From assembly GCA_963514005.1 (NCBI GenBank), contig OY740808.1:39432001-39496000 (forward strand): a stretch of DNA of 64,000 nucleotides. Direction: 5' to 3'. The position numbers and the translations under genes are program-made. Under the pieces are notes generated by a model, which worked only from the letters and a program-made list of their open reading frames with translations, was not told the DNA's origin and did not search any database. This document shows positions 27,442 to 40,348 of the stretch, piece after piece. The first letter of the stretch is position 1. Each line of letters starts with the position of its first letter. This DNA comes from Raja brachyura. Its lineage: Eukaryota.

Positions 27442-30400
27442 CTACCCCTTCATATAATCAGTGAATGGAGACCATATTTGTTCAAAAATCTCAGGTTTAT
27501 CCATTAGGATAAATCTAATTCTCTCCAATTGTAATGCCTCCAACATTTCCACTGTCCACATTTTAATTGTCGGGGATAATGGTCCCTTCCAAAATTGTAA
27601 TATTAATTTTTTTCCAATTATTAAACAGTAATCCAGAAAATTTCTTTGATTTACTGTTAAAATTTGATTTGTATCTAAAACCCCAAATATAATTAATTTT
27701 GAGTCAGGGCTTAATGTGATCTTTAAAACTGTGGAAATAATTTTAAAAATCTCAGTCCAATAACTTTTAAGTTTTGTACATATTACAAAACTATGATTTA
27801 AATCGGCTTCTATGTGCTGACATTTATCACATAATGGTGATATAGTAGGAAAAATTCTATTTAATTTCTTTTTTGAGTAGTGTAATCTATGTATTACTTT
27901 GAATTGTATCAAAGTATGTCTGGCATTTAACGAACAGCGATGAATTCGTTGTAAGCTTTCTTCCCATAAATCTTCTGTTATAGGTAAACCAATTTCATTT
28001 TCCCATTTTTGTCGGAATAGTTCCGTTTTTGGCATTTCCCTGTCCAAAAAATATTATATATATATGCTATTAGTTTTTCTGTTGTTGGATGCTTGTTAAG
28101 TACTTCATCCAGTATACCTGGCTCTCTATTTCTGTAATTTAGCGTATTTAATTTGACATAATCTCTAATTTGTAAATATCTAAATAGATTATTTGCTTGC
28201 AGTCCATAAATCTCTTTCAACTCCTGGAATGAGAGGAATTTCTCATTCCTGTAAAGATGTTCTATCCTTAATATTCCTAAGTTTTTCCAATGTCTAAACC
28301 CCACATCCAATGTCGAAGGTTTAAACATAGGATTATTCATAATTGTTAAACAAAGTGGTATAGTTTCTAAATGTAAAGTCTTAATGATTTGTTTCCAGGT
28401 ACGTATATTATTTAAAATTATAGGGTTTTCCTTATATAATTTTTTTTGTACCACCCCAGGGGCAAGGAATATTGTGCTTATGTCGAAAGGGAAACAATCT
28501 TCCTTTTCAATTCTTAACCAAGCTGGGTCTTGTTCCATCTGTATCAACCAATAATTAAAGTTCTTAATCTGAACCGCCCAAAAATAATATAAACAATTAG
28601 GTAAAGCTAATCCACCATTTATCTTAGATTTACATAAGTGTGTTTTACTTATTCTATGATTTTTGTAATCCCAAATGAAGCTATTAACTATAGAATCAAT
28701 TTAAAAAAAAAATTTAGGAAGATATAACTGAATGGCTTGAAATAAATATAGTAATTGAGGCAGAAAAATCATTTTAATGGCATTTATTCTACCGATCATT
28801 GATATCGGTAATGTTTTCCAATATAAAATATTTGTTTTTAATTTATTTAATAATTGAGGAAAATTAGATTTAAATAAAGAATTATAAGATTTTGATACAT
28901 TAATTCCAAGATATTTAATTTGATTATTAGCCATTTTAAATGGAAATGTTTGTAATTTATTCAATTTAATTCCTGTTATAGACATAATTTCACTTTTGTT
29001 CCAGTTAATTCTATATCCTGAGAACTCACTAAATTCACTTCAAGTACTTTAGGGATGCTAACCTCTGGTTTTGTTATATACAATAAAACATCATCTGCAT
29101 ATAAAGATATTTTATTAATTGTAGTTTTAGTATTATATCCATAAATTTCTGGTTCTACTCTAATCCTTTCGGCTAATAATTCTATAGCGAGTGCAAATAG
29201 TAATGGTGATAACGGGCAACCTTGTCTACAACCCCTAGAAAGATTAAATTTTGCTGATAACATTTGGTTTGTTAGGATTCTTGCTGTTGGGCCTGAATAT
29301 AAAATTCTAACCCATTTGCAAAATCCTTCTCCCAGTTGAAATTTCTGCATTATCCTAAATAAATAAGGCCATTCAACCTGGTCAAACACCTTCTCCGCAT
29401 CCAGGGATATAACTGCTAGTTCAACATCAGTCATTCTTTTTGAGTAGATAATATTAAACAGACGTCTTAAGTTATAAGTGGAATAACGTTAAGGAATAAA
29501 ACCTGTTTGATCATGATGTATTAATCTATTGATCACTAAACTTAACCGTTGAGTTAAAATTTTTGTTAATATTTTTTGATCTGTATTTAAAAGAGCTATT
29601 GCTCTGTATGATCCTGGGTCTTCTGGATCTTTGTCTGCCTTAGGAATAAGTGTAATTGTGGATTCTTTTAAGGTTTCTGGAAGTTGTTCTTGTTCGTAGG
29701 CAACTTTGTACATAGTTTGTAACCGTGGGACGATCAAATCATGAAACTTCTTATAAAATTCAACCCCCAAACCATCGGGTCCTGCAGCTTTACCATTCTT
29801 CAATGATCTAATTGATTCCTCAATATCTTTTGCTGATATTTCGGCATCTAATAATTCTCTACCTTCCCGATCTAATCCATTAATGTTACATTTCTGGAGA
29901 AACGTTTCTATTGTCTCGGGTTGATCCGTCACTTTTGATGTATAAAGTTTTTGATAATATTGTTGAAATCTATCATTAATATCTTTTGGTAAAGTTAATA
30001 TATCTCCTTGTTCAGATTTGACCTTATATATCATGTTTTCTTCTTCTGTTTTTCTTAGTTGCCGAGCTAACAATTTATGCGGTTTATCCCCAAATTCAAA
30101 ATGTATTTGTTTGGTCTTTTGAAAAAGTTTAATAACATACTTTGATTGTATCTCATTTAATTTGTATTTTAATGTTACAATTTTATTATGTATAACCCTA
30201 GATGGAGACATAGCATTTTCCATGTCCAACTGCCTTATTTCATTTTCCAATTTATGTTGAATCTTTCTATTTTCTTTATTCAGATATGCCTGCACTGAGA
30301 TTGTAGCACCCCGTATAAAAGCTTTAAATGTGTCCCATAAAAGAGATGATGAAATTCCAGGTTTATCATTGGTTTCAAAAAATAATTCAATCTGTTTAAC

Positions 30401-31219
30401 CAGATAATCTGAGCACCTTTTATCGTATAATATATGAGGATTAAGTCTCCATTGTGAATATCCTTTAGTTATACCCTTTAAGTTAATCTTAAATGTTAAT
30501 GGAGCATGATCCGAAATAATAATATTATGGTATTTTGAGTCATACGTAAATGGGACAAGTTTTGAATCTATTAGAAAATAATCTATCCTGGAGTATGTTC
30601 CAAATACCGGCGAGTAAAATGAGTATTCTCGGCCATTAGAATTAACATTTCTCCAAATGTCTTTGACATTAGCTGATCTACTAAAGGAATTTATGAATTC
30701 GCTTGATTTAGAAATAACCTTCCTTTTGATTGAAGATCTGTCTAAATAATTATCCAAAGTGCAATTTAAGTCGCCCCCAATTATTAGATTGTTCTGTGTT
30801 ACTGTAGGGATAGTGTTAAATATTTTCTTAAAGAATAGTGGATTATCAAAATTTGGGCCATATATATTCATAAGTACAACCTTCTTCGAGTATAATTCAC
30901 CCGTGTCTATTATATATCTACCTTCTGGGTCCTCTATTATTGAACTATGTTTAAATTGAATACCATTACGGATAAGAATGGCAACTCCACGAGATTTATG
31001 AGTGAATGATGAATGATACACCCTAGAAATCCAATTTGCCGTTAACCTATATTGTGCCTCCTTTTTTAGATGAGTCTCTTGAAGATAGATTATATCAGCT
31101 TGTATTCTATTTAATTGCGCCAAAACCTTACCTCTTTTGATTGGTTCATTAATACCTTTTACATTCCAACTACAGAAGGTGATTCCATCACCCCCCTTTT
31201 TCTTGTTAGTGTCTTGCAT
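27442..31219 (-). pseudogene. L1 ORF2 (APE endonuclease + RT + Cys-rich C-terminus), several frameshifts
   Basis: SWNVKG, LQETH, SDHAP, GPDG, QTGF, DAEK.FD, QGCPLSP, YADD, CDKC..H..C spread over five ORF pieces. Confidence 0.92.
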
Positions 31220-31851
31220 TTGGATGTTATGGTGGATTATAATGAGGTAGATGTCTCAGCACATATATCCCAATTTCGCACCCTAGTTTATGATCAACTA
31301 ATACTAATAACATTATTTGACATACATATCCCCTCCAGTCTACTGTATAATTCCATTCAAAAGTAAAGTAATATAATTCCACATATAATATATTAAAAAA
31401 ATAATATAAAAAAGAGAAAAGAAAAAGTTAGTAATATTATTGGAAAGGTGCAGGAAAGAAAGAGTGTCTAAAGCTACATAAAGTGGTGTTAGTGTAAGCC
31501 ACACTAGCGTGGCTGTTAAACTACGGACTTCCGTGGGGAAAAAAAAAGATGTTTGTATTTCCAGTTCCGTAAATGCCTTAAGGGCAATATATTTAGGGGC
31601 GGGGTGTTACATTTCCATTCTTATTAATACTTTGTTGATATAATTTGCTGTTATCGTTTTAGGTTATTTAAGGAGGTATCGCATATATTTATTAATAATG
31701 GTTAGTACTGAACTAATACTATTATATATTAGTTTATTGTTAATAATCATTGAACTCTCCAAGTCCAATAATTTTACAAGTTCATCATTCTTCCTCCTTA
31801 ATGCTGGTTGTGGATCGGCATCAGGTAAGTGTTGAATATAATTCAAGTTCG

Positions 31852-32952
31852 TTATTCTTCCTCCTCTTCTTCATCATCGTCTTCTCTCTGTGTTCCCTCT
31901 GCTTCTTCTTCTTCTTCCTCATCCAACTCCTTCTCGATTTTACGTGCGAACTCCAGAGCTTCGGTATGTTTAGTGAAGTGGTGCTCTTTATTTTCGTAGC
32001 TCACTCGTAGTGTAGCAGGATACATCAGGCCATATCTCACGCCCTTCATATTCCTGAGGATGTGCCTTGTTTCAGTAAAAAGGGCTCTTCTCCTGGCAAC
32101 TTCCGCAGGATAATCTCTGAATATGCTGATCTTATCACCATCATAAAACAGATTCTGTTTACGAGTTATTATCTTCATCATATCTTCCAAAACATGATCG
32201 TAAACCACTTTCACAATCAGTTGTCTTGGTGGCGAACCCGTCTTTGGACATCGTCTCAGTGCTCTGTTCGCTCGGCCAAGCAGGGGTGCTTGATCCAGAT
32301 TCAAGACATTCTTCAGAAGATTTGCAGCAAACTCTCTGGTGTCTTGAGCTCCCTCCTTGCCTTCACGCACACCCACGATACGCAAGTTCTTACGTCGTTG
32401 CCTTCCCTCCAAGTCAATACATTTCTCAGTTATTTTATTCAATAAATCTGTTAAACGCTTGTTCTCGGAGAGAAGTTTCTCATTCGCCTTAGCACTTGAA
32501 TCCGCAATATTGGTCAGTTCCTTTATTGCTTCGCGTTGTTGATCAAGTGTTCTCATAATAGGTTCCAACTTGCGATCAACTGAGAGTTCCAAACCACCAA
32601 CTTTCTGATTAACTTCATCCATCTGTTGTTTTAGATCAGCATCTGCTTTCATCTTCCATTCATCCATCATAATTTTTACTGTGGTTACAACTTCATTTTT
32701 CAACTCCTCTTTAACTTGTTCTTTAAATATTTCAATATCAGCTCTGAGCAGCTTAAATTCTTCCTTATATTCTTTCTTCATATTTTTAAGCTCACCCATA
32801 ATGGTAGTTTTCAGATCCACCATTTCAGATTTCTTCCTTGGAATATCCTCCAGAGAGCCAGTCAAACTCGAGGTCGAGGCTTCAACTGGGCCTACCTCTT
32901 TTTTCAGCTCTGATTTTCTCTGTTTGGGAGGGGGAGTTCTTTTCATCGACAT
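31852..32952 (-). CDS. L1 ORF1p, 366 aa, intact (coiled coil + RRM + CTD)
   Basis: DLEGRQRRKNLRIVGVREG, ISIFRDYPAEV, GLMYPATLRV motifs; uninterrupted ORF. Confidence 0.9.
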   Translation of the reverse strand: MSMKRTPPPKQRKSELKKEVGPVEASTSSLTGSLEDIPRKKSEMVDLKTTIMGELKNMKKEYKEEFKLLRADIEIFKEQVKEELKNEVVTTVKIMMDEWKMKADADLKQQMDEVNQKVGGLELSVDRKLEPIMRTLDQQREAIKELTNIADSSAKANEKLLSENKRLTDLLNKITEKCIDLEGRQRRKNLRIVGVREGKEGAQDTREFAANLLKNVLNLDQAPLLGRANRALRRCPKTGSPPRQLIVKVVYDHVLEDMMKIITRKQNLFYDGDKISIFRDYPAEVARRRALFTETRHILRNMKGVRYGLMYPATLRVSYENKEHHFTKHTEALEFARKIEKELDEEEEEEAEGTQREDDDEEEEEE

Positions 32953-33369
32953 TACTACTTTAAAAGTCGCGCGCCTGATGATGTCACGGGCCTTATCTGC
33001 TGCCGGTGCCGTTCACAAACGCTCCTCTCTGGTAAGTAGCTATAAATAACCCCGTTTTTTCCCGTTTTTAATACAATTTTTACGGAGCTGGAAGGCGCTG
33101 GTTCCTCCTACTCCATAGTGCCACCGGAAGTCCATTTCCTCCATTTTGCCTCATCAGTCGGGTATTGCGGAAAATCCATTCAGATACTGCTAAAGGCATT
33201 CTTATCATACCCGACTGGCCTACACAGCCATGGTATCCGGTGGTCCTTGGAATGATAAGTGAACCATGAGCCCTCTTAGAGAATTGCCCACAGTTGGTGA
33301 CGAACCCTGTTACAGGGGAACATCATCCCTGCCATAGTCATTTGAAATTATTGGCTTGCAGGTTTTGAA

Positions 33370-34398
33370 TAGACCATTACTGCAGTATGGTCTCTCATCA
33401 AGGACTATGGATACAATTGGAGCATCATGCAGGAGTCTACAAGACGGCAATATTTGACGCAAATAAAGAAATGGGAAATCTACTGCGGCCGCATGGACAT
33501 TGCATATGACTCCGTCACCATATCAGATGTGCTGGAATTTCTTGCGGGGTTGCACCATGATGAACACCTCAGCTACAGTGCCATTAATAGCGCCAGGAGT
33601 GCGCTATCATTCTACCTCAATATCGAAGTAGGATCCAATAAACTGGTGTCCAAATTGATGCGGGGCATATTCAATTCTAATCCACCCAGACCCCGTTACA
33701 ATGTTACCTGGGACATTGGGATAGTGTTAACCCTACTCAGGACATGGTCGCCCATGGCTGGACTCACTTTGTACAAACTCACCCTGAAGCTGGTGATGTT
33801 ATTGGCACTAACCTCAGCACAAAGGTTCAAAAGATCAAGATTGACAGAATGGTCACTACCCCAGAGAAAGTAATCTTCTACATTGATGAATTACTAAAGC
33901 AGCACAGACCTGGGTTCACAGTGCTGCAGCTGGTGTTTCCAGCATACCCCGCTGATGCAAGGCTATGTTTAGCCACACATATCCGCCACTATATAAAAGT
34001 GAAGGGGAAATCATGTTTCACTAATCTTCTGGAATGTTTTGAGGATCTATCGAGAAAAATGGACAAGGGAGATTTAGTGGTTGTAGTGTACTTGGACTTT
34101 CAGAAAAGTGAAGCGGAATTTAAGGGGAATGGAAAAATATTTGCTGATCAGCCACAAAAAACCACACCGTAGAGTGTCAGTTCAGACGATCTACAGATGG
34201 CTTTGAATCGTCTTGGACACAGCAGGTATTGACACTAATGTATTTAAATCCCATTCCACCAGGGCTGCATCGACGTCGGCGGCAAAGGTCATGGAGGTGC
34301 CCATGGACCATATTCTTGCCACAGCGGGATGGGCTAGTGAAGCCACTTTTCAACGGTTTTACAACAAACCTGTTGCCGCTCCTGTTATGTTTGCGTAG
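33370..34398 (+). pseudogene. DIRS tyrosine recombinase, disrupted
   Basis: STRRQY..W, SYSAINSARSALS, PRYNVTWD, LLALTSAQR, HSTRAAS, AGW..TFQRFY; frameshifts and a ~110-bp insertion at 34001-34107. Confidence 0.88.
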
Positions 34399-37287
34399 GC
34401 CGTGCTGAATGCGGGTCAAGAACATACAGCTACTCTCCAGTGAGCGTTTTTTTTCTTGTTATAATTAATAAACATTATTATTTTTCAGTACATCCAGTCT
34501 GAAACAATGATTACTCCTATCCATCCTTATAGTGGCGTGTGTGAGAGCATGGACGTGGTCCAGGGCATGAAATCACAGAGCTTTGAAGTCTTCACGAAGT
34601 CACTCACGTGACTCCGAAATGAAATAGTAAGATTAAACGAGAACTTACCAGTTTGAAGTTTGATCTTTATTTTATGAGGAGTTGCGATGAGGGATTTTGG
34701 GCCCTCCGCTCCCAACCCTCGATCATAAAGTCAACTGGTAATTAGAGTCTCTTCAATCTTACTATAACAAGTCATTTCTTTGTTTGTTGGTTCTGTGATT
34801 CCACACCGCTGCTTTGAAGAATGTCGCGCATGCGTGCTGGCGGGTTCTTCACGAAATCCCTCATCGCAACTCCTCATAAAATAAAGACCAAACTTCAAAC
34901 TGGTAAGTTCTCGTTTAATCTTACTATTATAGACCAGTTAGCCTGACATTGGTGGTAGGGAAGATGCTGGAGTTAATTATAAAAGATGAAATAGCCGCAC
35001 ATTTGGATAGCAGTAACAGGATCGGTCTGAATCAGCATGGATTTACGAAGGCGAAATCATGCTTCACTAATCTTCTGGAATGTTTTGAGGATCTATCGAG
35101 AGAAAATGGACAAGGGAGATTTAGTGGTTGTAGTGTACTTGGACTTTCAGAAAGCATTTGATAAGATCCCACATAGGAGATTAGTGGGCAAAATTAGGGC
35201 ATATGGTATTGGGGGTAGAGTGCTGACATGGATAGAGAAGTGGTTGGTAGACAGGAAACAAAGACTAGAGATTAATGGGTTCCTTTCAGAATGACAGGCG
35301 GTGACTAGTGGGGTACCGCAAGTCTCAGTGCTGGGACCCGCAGCTATTTACAATATAATTTACAATATACATCAATGATTTGGATGAAGAGATTCAAAGT
35401 AACATTAGCAAATTTACAGATGACACAAAGCTGGGTGGCAGTGAACTGTGAGGATGATGCTATAACAATAAAGGGTGACTTCGACAGGTTGGGTGAGTGG
35501 GCAGATGCATGGCAGATGGAGTTTAATATGGATAAATGTGAGATTATCCACTTTGGTAGCAAAAACAGGAAGGCTGATTATTATCTAAATGGTGTCAAGT
35601 TGGGAAAATGGGAAGAGCAACTGGATCTGAGGTTCCTTCCTCATCAGTCAATGAAAATAAGAATGCAGGTACAGCAGGCAGTGAAGAAAGTGAATGGCAT
35701 GTTGACCTTCATAACAAGAGGAGTTGAGTATAGGAGGAAAGAGGTCCTTCTGCAGTTGTACAGGGCCCTAGTCAGACCACACCTGGAGTATTGTGTACAG
35801 TTTTGGTCCCCTAATTTGAGGAAGGACATTCTTGCTATTGAGGGAGTGCAGCGGAGGTTTACAAGGTTAATTCCCAGGATGGCGGGACTATCATATGCTG
35901 AGAGAATGGAGTGGCTGGGCCTGTATACTCTGAAGTTTAGAAGGATGAGAGGGGATCTTATTGAAACATATTAGATTATATAGGGGTTGGACACTCTAGA
36001 GGCAGGAAACATGTTCCCAATGCTGGGTGAGTCCAGAACCAGGGGCCACAGTTTGAGAATAAGGAGTAACCATGTAGAACGGAGATGAGGAATCACTTTT
36101 TCACACAGAGAGTTATGAATTCTGTGGAATTCTCTGCCTCAGGGCGCTGTGGAGGCCTTTCAAGAGAGAGCTAGATAGGGCACTTAAAGATAGCAGAGCC
36201 AGAGGATATGGGGAGAAGGAAGGAACGGGGTACTGATTGAGGATGATCAGCCATTGAATGGCGGTGCTGGCTTGAAGGGTCAAATGGCCTTCTCCTGCAC
36301 CTATTGTCTATTGTCTATTGTAAATTGGCTCATCCCCGGATTGCGACTGGGTTCCCTTCCCAGGAGCTCTTTGTAACCCGAATGGTTTGCAAATGGGAAA
36401 TGCCGAGGTAAGGGGCAATTTCCCACTTGGTAGAAGATGCCTCCAGTCCCATAGCAACGGCCAAATCCATCCGCTGGACTCCCAAACTCTCTATTGGATG
36501 GATGGGCCATACATAAAGAGGGTGACTGTGCAGTGGGGAGGATCTGCATCTAAATGTAGAGTAGACAAAATGTACAGGAAAGAACTGCAGATGCTGATTT
36601 ACACCAATGATACTCAAAGTGCTGGAGTAATTTAGCGGGACAGGCGGCATCTCTAAATAGAAGGAAAGGGTGACGTTTCAGGCCTATCTTCAGTGTAAAC
36701 CAGCATCTGCAGTTCTTATATCACCCTCTCTATCTCTCGTTTGCCTCACCCCTGATTCTCAGTCTGAAGAAGGGCCTTGACCTGTAATGTCACCTCCTCC
36801 AGCATTTTGTGACTATCTTAAATGTAGAGCAAGATGGAGGCAAACGGTCTGGAAGAGAGACCAGAATAAGATGCAACGTCAAATTCTCATCTACAGAGGA
36901 TCAGTTCTTTTCATTATGGTGGTGTTTAGTTTGTGCCCAGTCTCTATTGGAGAACTTTATGTGTAGGCTTATTATTGTCAGTTGTACTGAGATGAAGTGA
37001 AAAGCTTTGTTTTCAAATGTTTCAAAGGTCCTTTATTGTCACCTGTACCAATTAAGGTACAGTGATATTCGAATTACCAATCCGCCATACAAAAAAAGTA
37101 ACAAGACACACAACTACATAAAAGTTAACATAAACATCCAACATCCTCACTGTGATGGAAGGCAATAAAGTCTAATCTCCTTCCCTCATTTTTCTCCTGC
37201 AGTCGGGGCAATCGGAGCTCCCACAGCTGGCGGTCGAAGCCCCCGCATCGGGGCGATCCAAGCTCCCGCGTCTGTGGTCGAAGTATG

Positions 37288-37520
37288 GTAGAAACATAGA
37301 AAATAGGTGCAGGAGTAGGCCATTCGGCCCTTTGAGCCTGCACCGTCATTCAATATGATCATGGCTGATCATCCAACTCAGTATCCTGTACCTGCCTTCT
37401 CTCCATACCCCCTGATCCCTTTAGCCACAAGGGCCACATCTAACTCCCTCTTAAATATAGCCAATGAACTGGCCTCAACTACCTTGAGAATTCAGAGAAT
37501 TCTAGGGACTCACCACTCTC
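37288..37520 (-). mobile_element. CR1 3'-end fragment
   Basis: Near-identical 3' UTR and C-terminus (..GYGEKAGTGY*) to the other young CR1 copies. Confidence 0.85.
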
Positions 37521-39064
37521 AGGTGAAGCGTCTCAGAGCTGTGAGTAGAATAAAATAACATTGCATCTGGTTAACTCAGAGAACACGGTCCCGCGTTGAT
37601 GTGTGGGAAGGAGCAGAACTGCAGATGCTGGTTTGAACCGAAGATAGACACAAAATCTGGAAGAATCTGAAGAAGGGTCTCGACCCGAAACATCGCCTAT
37701 CTACTTCACTCCTTAGATGCTGCTGTACCCGCTGAGTTTCTCCAGCCTTTTGTGTACCCACAAAATCTGGAATATCTCAGTGGGTCAGGCAGCATCTGTG
37801 GAGAAAAGGAATGGGTGATGTTTAGGGTCGAGACCCTACTTCAGACTGAGAGTCAGGGGAGAGGGAAACGATAGATATGGAAGACATTTGAAAGCAGACG
37901 ATGATCAAGGAAGATTGGTTCATTCAAAGGTAGACACAAAATGCCGGAATAACTCAGCGGGACAGACAACATCTCTGGAGAGAAGGAATGGGTGACATTT
38001 TGGGTGGGGACCCTTCTGCAGACTAGACTCATTGTTGGCAGGGGAGAAGATGACAACTAGGCATATAATCAGTAAAATTAATCACGACAGTGTAATCAAA
38101 CCCAAAATGTCGCCTGCCCCTTTTCTCCAGGGATGTTGATGCTGTCAATCCCACTGAGATCCTCCAGCCTTTTGTGTCTATCTTCGGTTTTTCATTGATC
38201 TTTGACATTGCCCTCCATGGTGAATGGAGCCTTTTGGTATATAGGCCTTGTTTTCTCAGGACTGTATGATGCTGGGGAGGTCAGTACTCATGATAGACTG
38301 GGTTGTGTCCACCGTCTTTTATACTCTCCTTCTTACCTAGGATTTCAAGTTGCCGAACCTGGCCGTGATGAAACCAGTCAAAGATGCTGCCATGTACAGG
38401 TCCACCACCGATTTTCCGGCACCCTTGGTTCCAGAGCCTTTCTGGAATATCCTTTTTGCCAGACAAAAAGAGGTCATGGTCTCGAGGGGAGTTCAATGGT
38501 ACTGGAATGGTCCACCTCGGCCGCCGGTGAGCTGAGATATCGGCCCGCAGTTGGCCGTGGAAGTTGGCAATTGGAATGGATCTGCCGGCTCTGGCCGCAG
38601 TGTGCAAATTCATCCCGAAGTCGGCACAGAAGTCCCGATGAGGTTAAGATCAGCCGCCTCACCCGGCCTGGGTACCACATTTTCGGGGAGAATTCCGGGC
38701 ATTTCAAGAGCACTCTCGTAAATTCTCGTCCGGACCACCAGTTGCCGCAGAATCGGTGGTGGACCTGTACATTGTGTTTGTTTGCGTATGCTCACTGCTT
38801 GATGTTAGTGTTTGAGGCACTTTTCCCTGGGTTGGGATGAATAGTCACTCTTGTCAACACTGGATAGTTATCCAGTGATTCAGTCAACACTGGATAACTA
38901 TCACTCCTGCCCAGAGTCACACAACATACAAGCAGGTCATTCGGCCCAACTTACTCAAACCGACCAAATGTCCCAACATGTCTACACTAGTCCCGCCTGC
39001 CTGTGTTTGGCACATAACCTTCCTAAACCATTCCTCTCCATGTACCCATCCATTATGCTTCACA

Positions 39065-40348
39065 TAAACTGGTGAATTTATCATGGGGAACAAGGACATG
39101 GCAGACCAATTGAATAACTACTTTGGTTCTGTCTTCACTAAGGAAGACATCAATAATCTGCCAGAAATAGCAGGGGACCGGAGGTCAAATGAGATGGAGG
39201 AACTGAGTGAAATCCAGGTTAGCCGGGAAGTGGTGTTTGGTAAATTGAATGGATTAAAGGCCGATAGATCCCCAGGGCCAGATAGGCTGCATCCCAGAGT
39301 ACTTAAGAGAAGTAGCCCCAGAAATAGTGGATGCATTAGTGATAATTTTTCAAAACTCTTTAGATTCTGGAGTAGTTCCTGAGGATTGGAAGGTAGCTAA
39401 TGTAATCCCCACTTTTTAAAAGGGGAGTGAGAGAGAAAACAGGGAATTACAGACCAGCTTGCCTAACATCGGTAGTGGGGAAAATGCTAGAATCAGTTAT
39501 TAAAGGTGGGATAACAGCACATTTGGAAAGTGGTGCAATCATTGCACAAAGTCAGCATGGATTTATGCACGGTAAATCATGTCTGACGAATCTTATAGAA
39601 TTTTTCGAGGATGTAACTAGTAGAGTGGATAAGGGAGAACCAGTGGATGTGTTATATCTGGACTTTCAGAAGGCTTTCGACAAGGTCCCACATAAGAGAT
39701 TAGTATACAAACTTAAAGCACATGGTATTGGGGGTTCAGTATTGATGTGGATAGAGAACTGGCTGGCAGACAGGAAGCAAAGACTAGGAGTAAACAGGTC
39801 CTTTTTAGAATGGCAGGCATTGACTAGTGGGGTACCGCAAGGTATCAGTGCTGGGACCCCAGCTATTTACAATATATATTAATGATCTGGATGAGGGAAT
39901 TGAATGTAACATCTCCAAGTTTGCAGATGACATGAAGCTGGGGGGCAGTGTTCGCTGTGAGGAGGATGCTAGGAGGCTGCAAGGTGACTTGGATAGGTTG
40001 GGAGAGTGGGCATATGCATGTCAGATGCAGTATAATGTGGATAAATGTGAGGTTATCCACTTTGGTGGCAAAAACAGGAAAGTCAGCTATTATCTGAATG
40101 GTGGCCGATTAGGAAAAGGGGAGATGCAATGAGACCTGGGTGTCATGGTACACCAGTCATTGAAAGAAGGCATGCAGGTGCAGCAGGCAGTGAAGAAAGT
40201 GAATGGTATGCTAGCTATCATAGCAAAAGGATTTGAGTATAAGAGCAGGGTGGTTCTACTGCAGTTGTACAGGGTCTTGGTGAGGCCACACCAGGAGTAT
40301 TGCATACAGTTTTCGTCTCGTAATCTGAGGAAAGACATTCTTGCCATA
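39065..40348 (+). mobile_element. CR1 LINE internal fragment (RT)
   Basis: SPGPD, NYRP, QHGF, DFQKAFD, GVPQG, KFADD, LVRPH. Confidence 0.9.

Larger units (their letters stand above)
27019..33132 (-). mobile_element. Full-length L1-clade LINE (~6.1 kb) inserted in the DIRS MT-like domain
   Basis: 15-bp TSD catttcctccatttt at 27004-27018 and 33133-33147; 5' end gacttccggtgg; ORF1 and ORF2; polyA tail; DIRS frame YAFPPF|CLISRVL..IIPDWPTQPW is restored on removal. Confidence 0.95.
23442..34928 (+). mobile_element. DIRS1-type tyrosine-recombinase retrotransposon, structurally complete but inactivated
   Basis: Left ITR 23442-23503, ICR 34589-34697, right ITR 34821-34855 plus extension to 34925; gag-like region, RT (IDLKDAY, YLDD), RNase H (TDAS..GWG, IDNTTAVAY), MT-like domain (DRFAS, YAFPPF), YR (HSTRAAS, AGW..TFQRFY). 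Confidence 0.95.
22740..36320 (+). mobile_element. CR1 LINE (EN+RT remnants) split by the DIRS insertion: 22740-23444 and 34926-36320
   Basis: Halves join as gaaaacaggga-ATT-atagaccagttagcc (the GNYRPVSLT motif); MGDFN, KSPGPD, QHGF, DFQKAFD; tail (ctattgt)n at ~36300-36320. Confidence 0.9.

Noticed and set aside
38202-38840. 212-aa ORF as a host gene
   Set aside because: No recognisable domain; spans repeat fragments and has no exon signals.
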